Assembly (NCBI GenBank): GCA_030295235.1
Contig: AP026153.1
Span: 682,001 to 726,290, forward strand
DNA from: Fistulifera solaris
Lineage: Eukaryota
Direction of reading: 5' to 3'
DNA: 44,290 nt
Made by a program: the position numbers and the translations under genes
The notes under the pieces: model-generated
What the model was told of the DNA's origin: nothing
What the model saw: the letters and a program-made list of their open reading frames with translations, nothing else
The model's database searches: none
Part shown: piece by piece, positions 33,514-44,290 of the stretch
How the letters are laid out: every line of letters starts with the position of its first letter
How positions within the stretch are numbered: position 1 is the first letter of the stretch

Positions 33514-34110
33514 TTATAAATATTTTCCAACCCATCGAAATGCTTCTGAGTAGCCTTCTCCTTTGAATACGGATATTCGAAAGATAGCCATGGCCGATTC
33601 CGCATCCTTCGATTTTCGTTCCTGCTCCAGTCTTTCCCACTCTAGCTTTTGTAGTATAGCGGCTGTCGACATGGCTTCTGGTAAGTCACATTTATTGAGT
33701 AACACACAAACTGCAATATTTGTATCGAGCGTGTGAAGTAAAGCATCCAACTCGTAGGCAGCTTCTTCGAGACGTACAGCATCGGCTGCGTCAACTACAA
33801 AAAGAACGGCTGCATTTTCCGTCAGATAATCTGACCATAAGTGACGTACAGCCTCGTGGCCTCCTAGATCAGTCACACGAAATTGTATGCCTCCCAATTG
33901 AATGGCCGCAGCACTTTCTGTGGGTCGATCCGTCGGAGGAAAAGAACGTATCGTATCAGTTTGCAATCGATGCAATAGAGTCGTCTTTCCCGCGTTATCA
34001 AGCCCCAATAAAACAATGCTCCCTTCTTTTCCCTGTAGACCTAGCGTTTCCAACAAACGACTTACAAGTGCTGAAACACTGCTCCAAAGAGCAGAAAAAT
34101 ACGTCGACAT
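33514..34110 (-). CDS. SAR1: Sar1-like small GTPase (Arf/Sar family; 198 aa)
   Basis: LLGLDNAGKTTLLH (G1), the Sar1-specific DLGGH (G3), NKCD (G4), C-terminal GEGYSEAFRW and an N-terminal amphipathic helix. ATG at 34110. Confidence 0.88.
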   Translation of the reverse strand: MSTYFSALWSSVSALVSRLLETLGLQGKEGSIVLLGLDNAGKTTLLHRLQTDTIRSFPPTDRPTESAAAIQLGGIQFRVTDLGGHEAVRHLWSDYLTENAAVLFVVDAADAVRLEEAAYELDALLHTLDTNIAVCVLLNKCDLPEAMSTAAILQKLEWERLEQERKSKDAESAMAIFRISVFKGEGYSEAFRWVGKYL

Positions 34111-34755
34111 GGAATTGTTGCTGTCGTCTTTGCTCACTGTTTCGGTGTTGATTGAAAATGTATCGAAATGCGAAATCGGAAGACGCCCGAATAGAAACAA
34201 ATAAATCACGAAATAGACTGATAACCGCAACTCTGCCCAAAGACTCAAAGATTTCTTTGGTTTCATGGTCTTTGCTGCACGCATTTCGCATTTCTCCTCT
34301 TGCGTCGCGTTGAGCAATAAGATTTTGTCTGCGGGCGGCGGGTCTCCCGCCACCCGCCACCGCCACGCATCCCGCATTAAATAATTTGGCTGGCGCTGGC
34401 TGGCGCTTCGTCTTGTCCGTTGCGAGCAGGCACGTGTAACCGTGCTATGCATTGGATTGGATGGCTCTGGTTTCACGTATTACTTTATCATTTGATAACC
34501 GCTTTATGTGTCCGTTGTCATCAACAGTAAAACATTATGTACTCTGGGAAAGAATCCGGTGCCGCTCGTACGACGTACGACGTACGCAAATGTTGTGAGA
34601 GTGGAGATAGCACCGCAAATTTTCAACAACCCTCAACACGACGAGCTATCATTGTCATCATTGATTAATGAAAGACCGCACGTTGTTTTGCTGTTCCTTA
34701 TTACGAAATCACTCTGCAAACCTGCCTTGTCTTTGATTTGAACGGATACATTGAC

Positions 34756-37627
34756 ATGGATTTGACTACTACGCTTTTGGCGGCTTCGAAAGCCGGTACG
34801 TCTACCTGCTTGCATTTACTTGCTGCTTTCACAAAGTCACAGGAATGACGTATTCACAATATCTTCTCTTGCTCCATCTGTCCCTTCTCACTTTTCTCCT
34901 TTGTTATCACCCCGCTTTTTCCGTGTCTCTCTTTTCTCCATGCGTCGTTTGTCATCGGACGCTTATGTACCTTGTTCTACCTTGATCGTCGAATTGTCTT
35001 TTCATTTTTTTTTTTAAAACTGCAAAAACTATTTAGATAAGAACGCTGAAGCGCAGCTTCATCAGTGGACCGAACAGAACTATGCCCAGATTGCTCCCGC
35101 TTTAGCTCTCGAACTAGCGTCGGAAGACAAACCGGAGCAGGCGCGAACCAGCGCTGGTCTTTTCTTGAAAAATACTCTTTACGGAAAATCGGTCAAAACG
35201 CAGCAAATTTATCACGCCCGTTGGAAATCTTTGAGCGCAGAGACCCGAAAATCGATCAAAGACTCACTCATGCTTGCTCTCCGTAGTAATTTGCCCAGTA
35301 TTGCGCATTTCGGTGCGATTGCGGCTTCGGAGGTGGCAGCTGTTGAACTTCCTTATCGTGAATGGCCAGAGCTCCTCCCTACGCTTACAGCGAACTTGGA
35401 GGCTGCTCCGCACATCCAACAGGCGGCTTTCGAGTGTCTTGGTTATTCGCTCGAGCGTATGGGAGAGTTGGAGGAGACCGTTCCCGGATGGCCGGAGCTT
35501 CAAACGGATTTGGTGGACAAAATGTTGACCACAATTGTCAATGGAGTCTCTCCTAGCAAGCCAGAGCCTATTCGCATTCGTGCTTTGACAGCTTTGCGCA
35601 ACAGTTTAGTCTTTGTCAAGAAAAATATGCAGGTAGCTGAAGAGCGCAATTTCATTATGCGCGCGGCGCTCATGGAGGCGACGCGTTCTCCAGATGTCAG
35701 TATCCGAAAACTGGCTTACGAATCGCTAGACCAGGTTGCCGAGCTGTATTACGAACACTTGCAAGATTACATGAGCAACATTTTCGAACTGTCGACGCAA
35801 GCGATTCGAACAGATCCCGACGAATCCGTTAAGATTGCTGCTATTGAGTTCTGGAGTACGGTCGCCACTGTTGAGATGTCCATCATTGATGAGCAGGCTC
35901 TAGGAAGTTCGTCGCTCGCTTGTCAGTACTACACGAAATCGGCACTTCCTAATTTGGTTCCTCTGATTCTCGAGACATTGTCTCAACAAGATGAACACAT
36001 TGAGGAGGATGAAATTGATTTGCATTCGACGGGGGCTTTGTGCTTGCAGACTATCTCACAAACCGTCGAAGACATCATCATCCCATCCGTTATGCCTTTT
36101 GTGAATCAGAATATCAGCTCCGATAACTGGCGTTTGCGAGATGCTGCTATTGTTGCGTTCTCATGCATTCTGGACGGGCCCGATACTCAAGCTGTGGCAC
36201 AGTATGTTTCGCAAAGCATTCCGGTTCTTCTGCAAAGCTTTGAAGATCCAAATGAAACGGTGCGACAATCCGCGATCTTTTGCTTGAGTACCATCTGTAA
36301 GTTGCACGCGATTGCCATTCAACCTGCTCAAGTGCATGGCATCTTGGAGTGTCTTTTGAAAAAGCTGGCAGAATCGCCCAAGGTTGCCTCGCAAGCCTGT
36401 TCAGCAATTTACAACATCGCGCGCAGCCTTCGTGACGAAACCGACCAGGATACAAACCTTATGTCACAGCCGATGATGACGTTGTTGCAAAGTTTGTTCC
36501 AAGTATGTGATCGCTCGGACGCCAGTGAACATAACTTGCGTGCGACTAGTTTAGAAGCGGCCGCGGAAGTTATTAGCAGCGCTGCAAGAGATGTGCATAT
36601 CATTCTCGTTCAGGTGCTACCAAATGTGATTGATCGAGTAGAGGCTGCGTTGAAAATGCCATCTCTTTCCAAGGAAGAAAACGATGAGAAGTTTCAGTTG
36701 TTGAGCAACTGGTGTATTCTGTACCAGGCCCTATTGCGACAGCTACCAAAGGAAGCTGTTCTGCCCCATGCCGATCGATGCATGGCCACTCTGTTGCAAA
36801 TCTTGCAAATGGATAATTCAATTTCTCACGATGAAGCTTTCATGGCCATCGGGTCTCTTGTCGACAATGTGGAAGGTGACTTTGCGGTACGTAGACTGTG
36901 TATTTGATCAAAGACTTTGTCGTCGGGTCGAACCTGACACAGCCTATTGCTACCTTACAGAAATATCTGGATTACACCATCCCTCTGCTCATCAAAGGAA
37001 TTTCGAAATTTGAAGAGACGAATTCGTGCAAGACGGCAATCGGTACGCTGGTCGATATCAGTGTGAATTGTGGAGGGAATCTTGTTCGCTTTGGAGACCA
37101 GCTAGTCAGTGTTCTTTTGAATGCCTCAAAGATAGCTCGGCGGATCGTAGTCTTAAGCCTGTTGTTATCTCTTGTTTGGGTGACCTGGCTATGGCGCTAC
37201 AAGGCGCCTACGAACCTACATGCAGGTGACCGCAATGCTCTTGATGCAGGCTGCACAGCAGCAAGCACCTGCCGACGATGAGGACTTGCTTCTATTTATC
37301 AACGAGCTTCGTCTAGCCGTCTTGGAGGCTTACATGGGAATTCTCATTGCTTTCGAAGATGGTAACAAATTGCACTTGTACATGCAGCTGCTTCAGAACA
37401 TTTTTGGTTTCCTTCAATACTTGGCGACACCTGCCAGTTGCGCCGACGAGCAAGTCGTAATAAAGGCTGTGACCCTTCTTGGCGACATTGCTCGACTTCT
37501 CGGTAGCAATGATTCCGTCAAAGCTTCACTGAAATCACCCTTTGTTATGCAATTGCTTACGCAATGCGCCGACGTTTCGACTTCAACATGGACGAATGAA
37601 CAGGTGAGCGCCGCAGTGCAATCCTAG
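34756..37627 (+). CDS. KPNB1: Importin beta-1 (exons 34756-34795, 35037-36886, 36961-37627; about 852 aa after restoring bases at 37115-37118 and 37215-37216)
   Basis: MDLTTTLLAASKA|DKNAEAQL...RTSAGLFLKN (IBN_N), AAVELPYREWPEL, AIEFWSTV, acidic loop QDEHIEEDE, NWRLRDAAIVAFSCILDGP, and LKPVVISCLGDLAMA. GT-AG introns at 34796-35036 and 36887-36960. Confidence 0.95.
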
Positions 37628-38517
37628 AGATCTTGTTTCGTTGAGACGACGATAAATGCTACAAATTATTTGCGAAAGGACGAATACGATTTCACAAAAT
37701 GTTCGTGGATTCCTATTATTCCTTTCCATACTCGCACAAGGACGAGATAGAGGGCGTTTCTAGGTGTCCTCTCTCTACTCATTGTGTGCTTCAACCGCAT
37801 AAGCTTTAAATGATTTAGAATACTTCGGTACGAACGTCTTGCTCGCTTCGCTTTTGCTCTTTAACGATGTACGGACTTATAGTGAATAGGAGCCTACGAC
37901 TTTTCGTATTTCGTACGGAGTATTTCGTAATGATAAATGAGTTTCTACCTTTGTTGTCTGACGGATCGCTACAAATTCGCCTTTCAAATTTCGAATTCAA
38001 CATCCTCGATGCATTAAAGATCAACGACCACAATCTCTGTTGGTTTCGCGAGCCCTTCCGATGATGCCCGCATAGAAATCCTGGATCGCACGTTTGGTGA
38101 AGTACTACATGCTTGTTTACGATAAAGTAGCAAATGCTTCATTATCATCAAATCTTATCGATTCATTCGATGATTCATTCCAATCATTTCGTCGTTTTTG
38201 TTTTTGTTCTTTTTGCGATGCCAGGCCCCTTGTCACACCATCACTAATGACGCGCAGTATGGAGCCTAGTTGACACACACGCTCAATGGACACACACACG
38301 AAGAACATTATAGATTGTATGATACGAACAGTAGTCAAAACCGTTCGAATTCGAAGGTTCGCCGTTCTTCTCTTTTCTCTCTCGTCCCTCCACAACAAAA
38401 GATCGTGAACATCCCAAAGGTCGTGACCGGTGACACCTAAGAGCCTTTGGCGTTTATTTCAACTCATTTACGTTATTCACACCCTTAAATTTGAGAAAGA
38501 GAGTGTAGACGGACAGC

Positions 38518-40359
38518 ATGTTAGGAAGGACTCTTAACAGCGCGCGACGAGCGGCGATTAGCAGCGTCAAACGATATTTATCAACATCGTCGTCGGAGAG
38601 CATGCCGTTTGATGTTTTAATCGTAGGAGGCGGACCCGCTGGTTTAGCAGCTTCGATTAAACTTAAGCAATTAGCTGGTGATAGCCTTTCTGTCTGTGTT
38701 ATCGATAAGGGAAGGTACGAATGCACGTCATCAGAAGTATGCTCACATTCACATATCACATCGTATCGTATCATTATTAACTCATTTGCATTACTTTTTC
38801 AGCGAAATCGGTTCACACATTTTGTCAGGAAACGTTTTGATCCTTCCTCTTTGAATGAACTATTTCCTGATAAAGATTGGAAAGAAGAAGTCGAAAGCGC
38901 GACGGGAAGTATTGCGACACCGGTAACAGCAGACGAGTTTCTAGTGCTCACCGAGACAAGCTCGTTTACTATCCCCAATTTATTCTTACCTCCGCAACTT
39001 AACAATCACGGCAATTATGTTATTTCACTGAGTCAGCTGTGTCGATGGATGGCACAACAAGCGGAAGAGTTGGGGGTCGAAATCTATCCAGGATTTGCTG
39101 CGGCAGATGTTATCATCGAGGAAGGAATAGTGCGAGGCATTCGTACGCGTGATGTCGGCTTGGCCAAGGACGGGCAACCCAAACCGACTTTTGAACCGGG
39201 TGTAGAGCTACGTGCACGACAAACACTTTTCGCAGAAGGCGCGCGTGGATCGTGCACCGAACATCTCATGGATGAATTCAACCTTCGTAAAGGCCCGCAG
39301 ACGTATGGATTGGGTATCAAGGAAGTCTGGCAGGTCCCTAAGGAGCAGCATCGTCCAGGCTTTGTTCAGCATACTCTGGGATGGCCTTTACAGAGTTCTA
39401 TCTTCAGTAAAACCTTCGGCGGAAGTTTTCTGTATCATCAAGAACCGGATCTGGTACTCGTCGGGGTCGTCGTCGGCCTAGATTATCAAAACCCGTACTT
39501 GAATCCTTATCAGGAGTTTCAACGGTGGAAGACACATCCTGCTATCCGCCCTCATTTGGAAGGTGGAGAATGTATTTCATACGGAGCTCGCGTCTTGAAT
39601 GAAGGAGGTTATCATTCGATTCCGACATTGACGATGCCTGGATCGCTCATATTGGGATGTGGGGCAGGTTTCTTGAATGCTGTCAAAATCAAAGGCACGC
39701 ACACTGCTATACGATCAGGGATATTAGCGGCGGAAGCCACGCATGAGGCACTTACGTCGGAAGGCGTCGACCCAGTTGCCGAAACATTTGAAATCACAAC
39801 GCCCCCACCTCACGTAAAAGCATACCAGGAGAAATACGAAGCTTCATCCATCAAGTCGGAACTCTACGAGATTCGCAACACACACGAAGCATTTGCGCGT
39901 TGGGGAGTGGGACCGGGCTTGATTTATACGGGATTGTCGACGTTCATTACCAAAGGTCGGGAGCCGTGGACACTGGCACACAACAAAATTGATGCGGACG
40001 CAACCGCTCCAGCAAAAGGATTTAGTCCCATTCAATATCCCGCTCCCGACGGAAAATTAACATTTGATTTATTGACTAATCTGCAGCGCAGCGGAGTGTA
40101 CCATGCTGAAGATCAGCCGATTCATTTGCGAGTAAAACCGGAATTGCAACATGTACCCACCGAAGTGTCGCTGCCCCAGTACGCAGCACCTGAATCTCGC
40201 TTTTGCCCGGCTGGCGTGTACGAGTATGTTGATGAGAAACTTGTGATTAATTCGCAAAACTGTGTGCATTGCAAGTGCTGTGGTATCAAAACGCCAAGAG
40301 AATACATTCGATGGACCGTCCCTGAGGGAGGCGGAGGTCCTCAATATCAGGTAATGTAG
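38518..40359 (+). CDS. ETFDH: Electron transfer flavoprotein-ubiquinone oxidoreductase (exons 38518-38714, 38803-40359; about 584 aa after restoring one T at 38835-38838)
   Basis: FAD motif DVLIVGGGPAGLAA, spliced DKGSEIGSHILSGNV, NHGNYVISL, GVEIYPGFAA, IKGTHTA, and 4Fe-4S ligands RFCPAGVYE...NCVHCKCC. Ends WTVPEGGGGPQY. Confidence 0.97.
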   Translation: MLGRTLNSARRAAISSVKRYLSTSSSESMPFDVLIVGGGPAGLAASIKLKQLAGDSLSVCVIDKGRYECTSSEVCSHSHITSYRIIINSFALLFQRNRFTHFVRKRFDPSSLNELFPDKDWKEEVESATGSIATPVTADEFLVLTETSSFTIPNLFLPPQLNNHGNYVISLSQLCRWMAQQAEELGVEIYPGFAAADVIIEEGIVRGIRTRDVGLAKDGQPKPTFEPGVELRARQTLFAEGARGSCTEHLMDEFNLRKGPQTYGLGIKEVWQVPKEQHRPGFVQHTLGWPLQSSIFSKTFGGSFLYHQEPDLVLVGVVVGLDYQNPYLNPYQEFQRWKTHPAIRPHLEGGECISYGARVLNEGGYHSIPTLTMPGSLILGCGAGFLNAVKIKGTHTAIRSGILAAEATHEALTSEGVDPVAETFEITTPPPHVKAYQEKYEASSIKSELYEIRNTHEAFARWGVGPGLIYTGLSTFITKGREPWTLAHNKIDADATAPAKGFSPIQYPAPDGKLTFDLLTNLQRSGVYHAEDQPIHLRVKPELQHVPTEVSLPQYAAPESRFCPAGVYEYVDEKLVINSQNCVHCKCCGIKTPREYIRWTVPEGGGGPQYQVM

Positions 40360-40446
40360 ATAACCATCGTTAGCTTGAAGTCTGCTTATAAGTTAATAGG
40401 TCTTTTTTTGTTTGGAAGGGAAGCTAGACTAATTTCGCTTTCGCCA

Positions 40447-40503
40447 ACGTCATAACGAGTGCGAAGTGGGGAGTCACGAACGTGGCGTGAATTGCCACGT
40501 GGC
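40447..40503. promoter_or_regulatory. Cluster of ACGT-core bZIP-type sites upstream of derlin
   Basis: ACGTCA at 40447, ACGTGGC at 40480 and the palindrome GCCACGTGGC at 40494-40503. Confidence 0.35.
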
Positions 40504-40949
40504 GTTTGATGTTTGATGACTACTACTTTTGAAAGATATAGTGCAATCCCTCTTCTTTTTGATTCACTATACTAATGACATCGTAGCGGTTGCAGAACTG
40601 CGATACGGCGAGAAACGCGACAGAATTTTTCACACCGTGTCACCATGACAGGAAAAGAAGCAGCAGCGGAAGTAAAAAGAAAAGAAAACAACTGGACAGT
40701 CCATATTGCGAAATCAACAATACATTTCTCACGACATAAAGGCTTGTAAAAGAAGGCGCACAGTTGTGGCAAGCATCGACAGCAAGGCGCGATAATCGTC
40801 GCAGTTTGCAGTCACAACAGAATCGCATTCTCTCTTTCGTCTGCTTTTATTCTGATACTTTGTATTCAATCCTTTGATTCATTCGATTCGTACCTTGTGA
40901 CAAAATCAATATCGAATACTTGACTTGACAGAGCGAGGAATTAAAAAAG

Positions 40950-41838
40950 ATGGACTTTGCGGGCGTCGGCGGAGGAGGAGGCGGAGTCATGAGACATAAT
41001 GCAAATGTCGACTTGATGTCTTGGTAAGTGAAAATCGCAAGCTACACGCTTTACTCGCTGTTTCAATGATTATTTACTCATTTCCGCAATTCTGCTTGAA
41101 TTCTCTTTTAACAAAGGTATATGGAAATTCCTCCCATATCAAGGCTCTACTTGACCGGTGCATTTCTGACGACCGCTGCTTGCGCGGTCGATTTGATCAG
41201 TCCGTTTAGCTTATACTTTAGCTGGGAACTCGTCTATCAAGGGCAAATATGGAGGCTGCTTACATCATATCTTTTCTTTGGCGTGTTTTCGGTCGATTTT
41301 CTTTTTCATATGTATTTCCTGGTACGTTTCCCAACGAAATCTTCTCCGTGCGCGCCACTGGCGACTCATATCTTTCTTTTCAAAGGTCCGATACAGTCGC
41401 TTACTCGAAGAAGGCGACTTCCGTGGGCGCCCTGCCCATTATATTTGGATGCTTTTGTTTGGAATTCTAAATATTTCTACTATGGCTTCGTATTACCAAG
41501 TCAATTTCCTCGGGAGTGCGTTGACGTTTATGATGGCATACGTTTGGGGTCGCAGAAATGAAGACGTCAAGATGAGCTTTCTGGGATTTTTACAATTTAA
41601 TGCGCCGTACTTACCGTGGGTGATGTTGACGTTTAGCATTCTGATTGGAAACGCTGTGGTGATGGATGTTATTGGGATTTGCGTCGGCCATCTATACTAT
41701 TTTCTGGAGTTCGTGTACCCTGTCATGGCATCGATACGGAATTGGCCTATCAAACGTATTATGGAACCGCCTGCGCTACTTCATTTGATTTGTGGGACAC
41801 ACGACAATGTTCTTCCTGGTCGGCCTCATCATGAGTAA
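40950..41838 (+). CDS. DERL2: Derlin-2/Der1 family ERAD membrane protein (exons 40950-41023, 41117-41321, 41386-41838; 243 aa)
   Basis: W|YMEIPPISRLY, QIWRLLTSYLFFG, FLFHMYFL|VRYSRLLEEGDFRGR, YVWGRRN, APYLPW, GICVGHLYYFL. Two GT-AG introns at 41024-41116 and 41322-41385. Confidence 0.96.
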
Positions 41839-43882
41839 GAAGTTCGGTGTTCCGACTGGCGAAAAAATTATATTTTGACGAATAATCGTAAGGTACTAGC
41901 ACAGTGTGCTAAGGTGTAACGATTCGAAATAAGCGTTCTGTAAACTACAGCATAATAATTATACTGCTACATCATTACGAATGTCTGCGGTGAATGTCGA
42001 ATGTCACTAAAACAATTTTTGACCCAAATTCGATACTCTGCAACAAGCCGGCAGTAACGATGGTCAAAGTTGAGCTCGAAGAATAAGAGCATAGTCTTGA
42101 ATAACTTTTTGTGCGTGTCTTATTGGAAAAAGCAACATTTGAATGAGTCACAAAAATTTATCCCAGGGGCTGATAAAGGCGGCCTAAAAACGCGCTCCTT
42201 GAAATTAAATCGATCACTTTACTTCATAACGAAACTTAACAACCATGTCCGCTATACAACCATGTGCGGCGAAGCGAATTGATTACGCTTCAATGCAAAG
42301 TAATAATAAAATGGAGAATGTACCGAAACGACTGTTCTGATCATTCGCCCTTAGGGCATTGTTGTTTAAGGACTTAGGAGCGACAACCACCTAAGGTCAG
42401 GCACTTTACTGTGGGCTATAGTGTTGACCATATGGTCATTGGGACATTTGGAACTACCAAAGGGACCCAAACGAAATAAGCGAGTGTAGTAGACACGGAC
42501 AGACGCAGGTCGTCCTCGTAGCGATAACCAAAGTAGCCCTAGACACAATATTTTACACCACCGTGATATTTCGGGTTAAAAGCCGGGGTATGCTGAAAAG
42601 ACCATGAAAACACAGATAAAAGCGGTAATTGATGCCATTTTATGATAGTTATCACGGTGTTACTAACTTGTGTTCGTTTTGTCTCGAGTAATCGAGCTTA
42701 AGAGTGCAAGAATTGGTGCTCTGCATGGGTGCACTTTCGTGGCAGAACAAGTTTGACTTGGTCACATGACTGGCAAGTTTTTGGCCAAACCAAGTGATTC
42801 AGAATATGATGAGTACCTTCTGGTCTAGAGAATCATAGAGTCGCTGAAGAGGTTGATAGCTCGCTAGAGAAGCGGCGACGTTGTTGATAATCGGCATTTC
42901 TGGCTGTGCCGATGACACGTCGTGCCACGGTGATTATGTCACTTGTTGGTGTAGCATGGGGGACGCCTTATGCACAGTCTATCATCCTTGAATGCTGGAA
43001 ATAATTATAGTCATGATATTACTTGTATCTGGCTTGCGTCGAGACTTAGGTGTCGTTACGCATCCCCATCGTCAAGGGCGAAGAAGCAGGGTCGTTTAAG
43101 CTTCAAGGAGTGAGTTAGATCTTGGGCACGGCGCCTTGTTGGGTACTGTTTGTCTCAAAGTGTTTTGACGGGCGTTTTGATTTTATCGCTTGTCTCCTTT
43201 GAAAAGCTACAAAAGGCATTTGTGTGCCTGAGAGTGTACTCAAAGCGAGTCTGAGTTTAAGCCAAAAGCGCCTATGTGTTATTTGGCGTAGCGTTGTTTC
43301 TTGTTTTGATCAATCAAGTACCAGTATGCTTCCTGCGTGATGGAAGGCGTTCTCTAGATACCTACTTGTACCCAAGTTCCTATACTCAAGAAAGCAGTTC
43401 CTGTCGCGGTGATGGTGTCATTGCGGCACTCTTACATCACGACGACTTGAGGGCTGCCATTATGCAAAGTTCGTTACCGCGTTTTCTCCTACCATCATTT
43501 CCCCATGCTCTGTTTATGCCCTTGGTGTTCCTTTCTATGTGTCCTTCTCCCAGCGGCTCCCTTGCAGCACGGTGAGGTGTGCGCGGCGATGCAAAGAAAA
43601 GTGCCAAACGGAGATTTCTTGAAGCCGTCGAACAAAATAATGAATGAGATCTCTCTGCACAAGTCACTGACAATTGGAATGACAAGAATTTCGGAAGATC
43701 TCTCGCATTGACAATCACTTGGGTTCGAATGTTTTACCCCAGCGGATGTGATTACGCGACTGCAATTTGCTTTTCCTGTTCTGGTTTTGTGATGCCATTT
43801 TTAGGACCTGAGACCAGAGACCAGTAAGGCTGCTACAAGCTTAGGTTATTCTCTCTGAAGAGTTCTATCCTTTTCGATGATC
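41839..43882. other. Subtelomeric spacer with no recognisable gene
   Basis: Lies between the derlin stop and the telomere. Only short non-homologous ORFs and scattered TTAGG-like words. Confidence 0.7.
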
Positions 43883-44290
43883 CTAGGGTTAGGGTTAGGG
43901 TTAGGGTTAGGGTTAGGGTTAGGGTTAGGGTTAGGGTTAGGGTTAGGGTTAGGGTTAGGGTTAGGGTTAGGGTTAGGGTTAGGGTTAGGGTTAGGGTTAG
44001 GGTTAGGGTTAGGGTTAGGGTTAGGGTTAGGGTTAGGGTTAGGGTTAGGGTTAGGGTTAGGGTTAGGGTTAGGGTTAGGGTTGGGGTTAGGGTTAGGGTT
44101 AGGGTTAGGGTTAGGGTTAGGGTTAGGGTTAGGGTTAGGGTTGGGGTTAGGGTTAGGGTTAGGGTTAGGGTTAGGGGTTAGGGTTAGGGTTAGGGTTAGG
44201 GTTAGGGTTAGGGTTAGGGTTAGGGTTAGGGTTAGGGTTAGGGTTAGGGTTAGGGTTAGGAGTTAGGAGTTAGGGTTAGGGTTAGGGTTA
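43883..44290 (+). repeat. Telomeric repeat array (TTAGGG)n, chromosome end
   Basis: About 400 bp of TTAGGG running to the end of the window, G-rich strand pointing outward, with a few variant units. Confidence 0.99.

Noticed and set aside
14005..37216. Programmed ribosomal frameshifting or mass pseudogenisation
   Set aside because: The lesions sit in short homopolymers of all four bases with no shared slippery motif, and the affected conserved genes lack nonsense codons. Consensus error is simpler.
38518..38840. Continuous 613-aa ETF-QO ORF with a novel insertion
   Set aside because: The 88-nt intron and a missing T at 38835-38838 cancel in frame. Splicing restores the canonical SEIGSHILSGNV.
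40950..41838. SELMA (symbiont-derived) Der1 of the plastid import machinery
   Set aside because: There is no signal or transit presequence; the N-terminus is short and Gly-rich, consistent with host ERAD derlin.
43276..43718. Subtelomeric ORFs as retroelement or helicase remnants
   Set aside because: I recognise no RT, integrase, transposase or helicase motif in any frame.
43877..44266. 129-aa LG/VR dipeptide-repeat ORF
   Set aside because: It is just the translation of (TTAGGG)n; there is no evidence of a gene.

Overview
Eukaryotic nuclear DNA forming the right-hand end of a chromosome. The organism is most likely a pennate diatom, inferred from short GT-AG introns, bipartite plastid-targeting presequences, dense gene packing and a TTAGGG telomere. 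Recognisable genes encode: a plastid-targeted TPR/HAT protein, NF-YA (HAP2), ETF alpha, mitoribosomal bL35, a cNMP-domain/carrier-like fusion, two Cys-rich GPI-like surface paralogs, a membrane ACBP, a duplicated plastid-targeted hypothetical, kinesin-14, a type II membrane cyclophilin, a PAPS transporter, a chorismate-lyase-fold protein, a Sar1-like GTPase, importin beta, ETF-QO and derlin. About 2 kb of subtelomere and about 400 bp of (TTAGGG)n follow. Several conserved genes are split by single-base indels in homopolymer runs, most likely consensus errors. The most interesting signals are: (1) five small co-oriented orphan ORFs sharing a PLxAPPxL-type motif around NF-YA, with a recurring TCACGAGTCACGA element upstream of several; (2) a degenerate cyclic-nucleotide-binding domain fused to a divergent mitochondrial-carrier-like domain; (3) a duplicated HSE-like palindrome. 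All calls come from reading the sequence; no searches were run.
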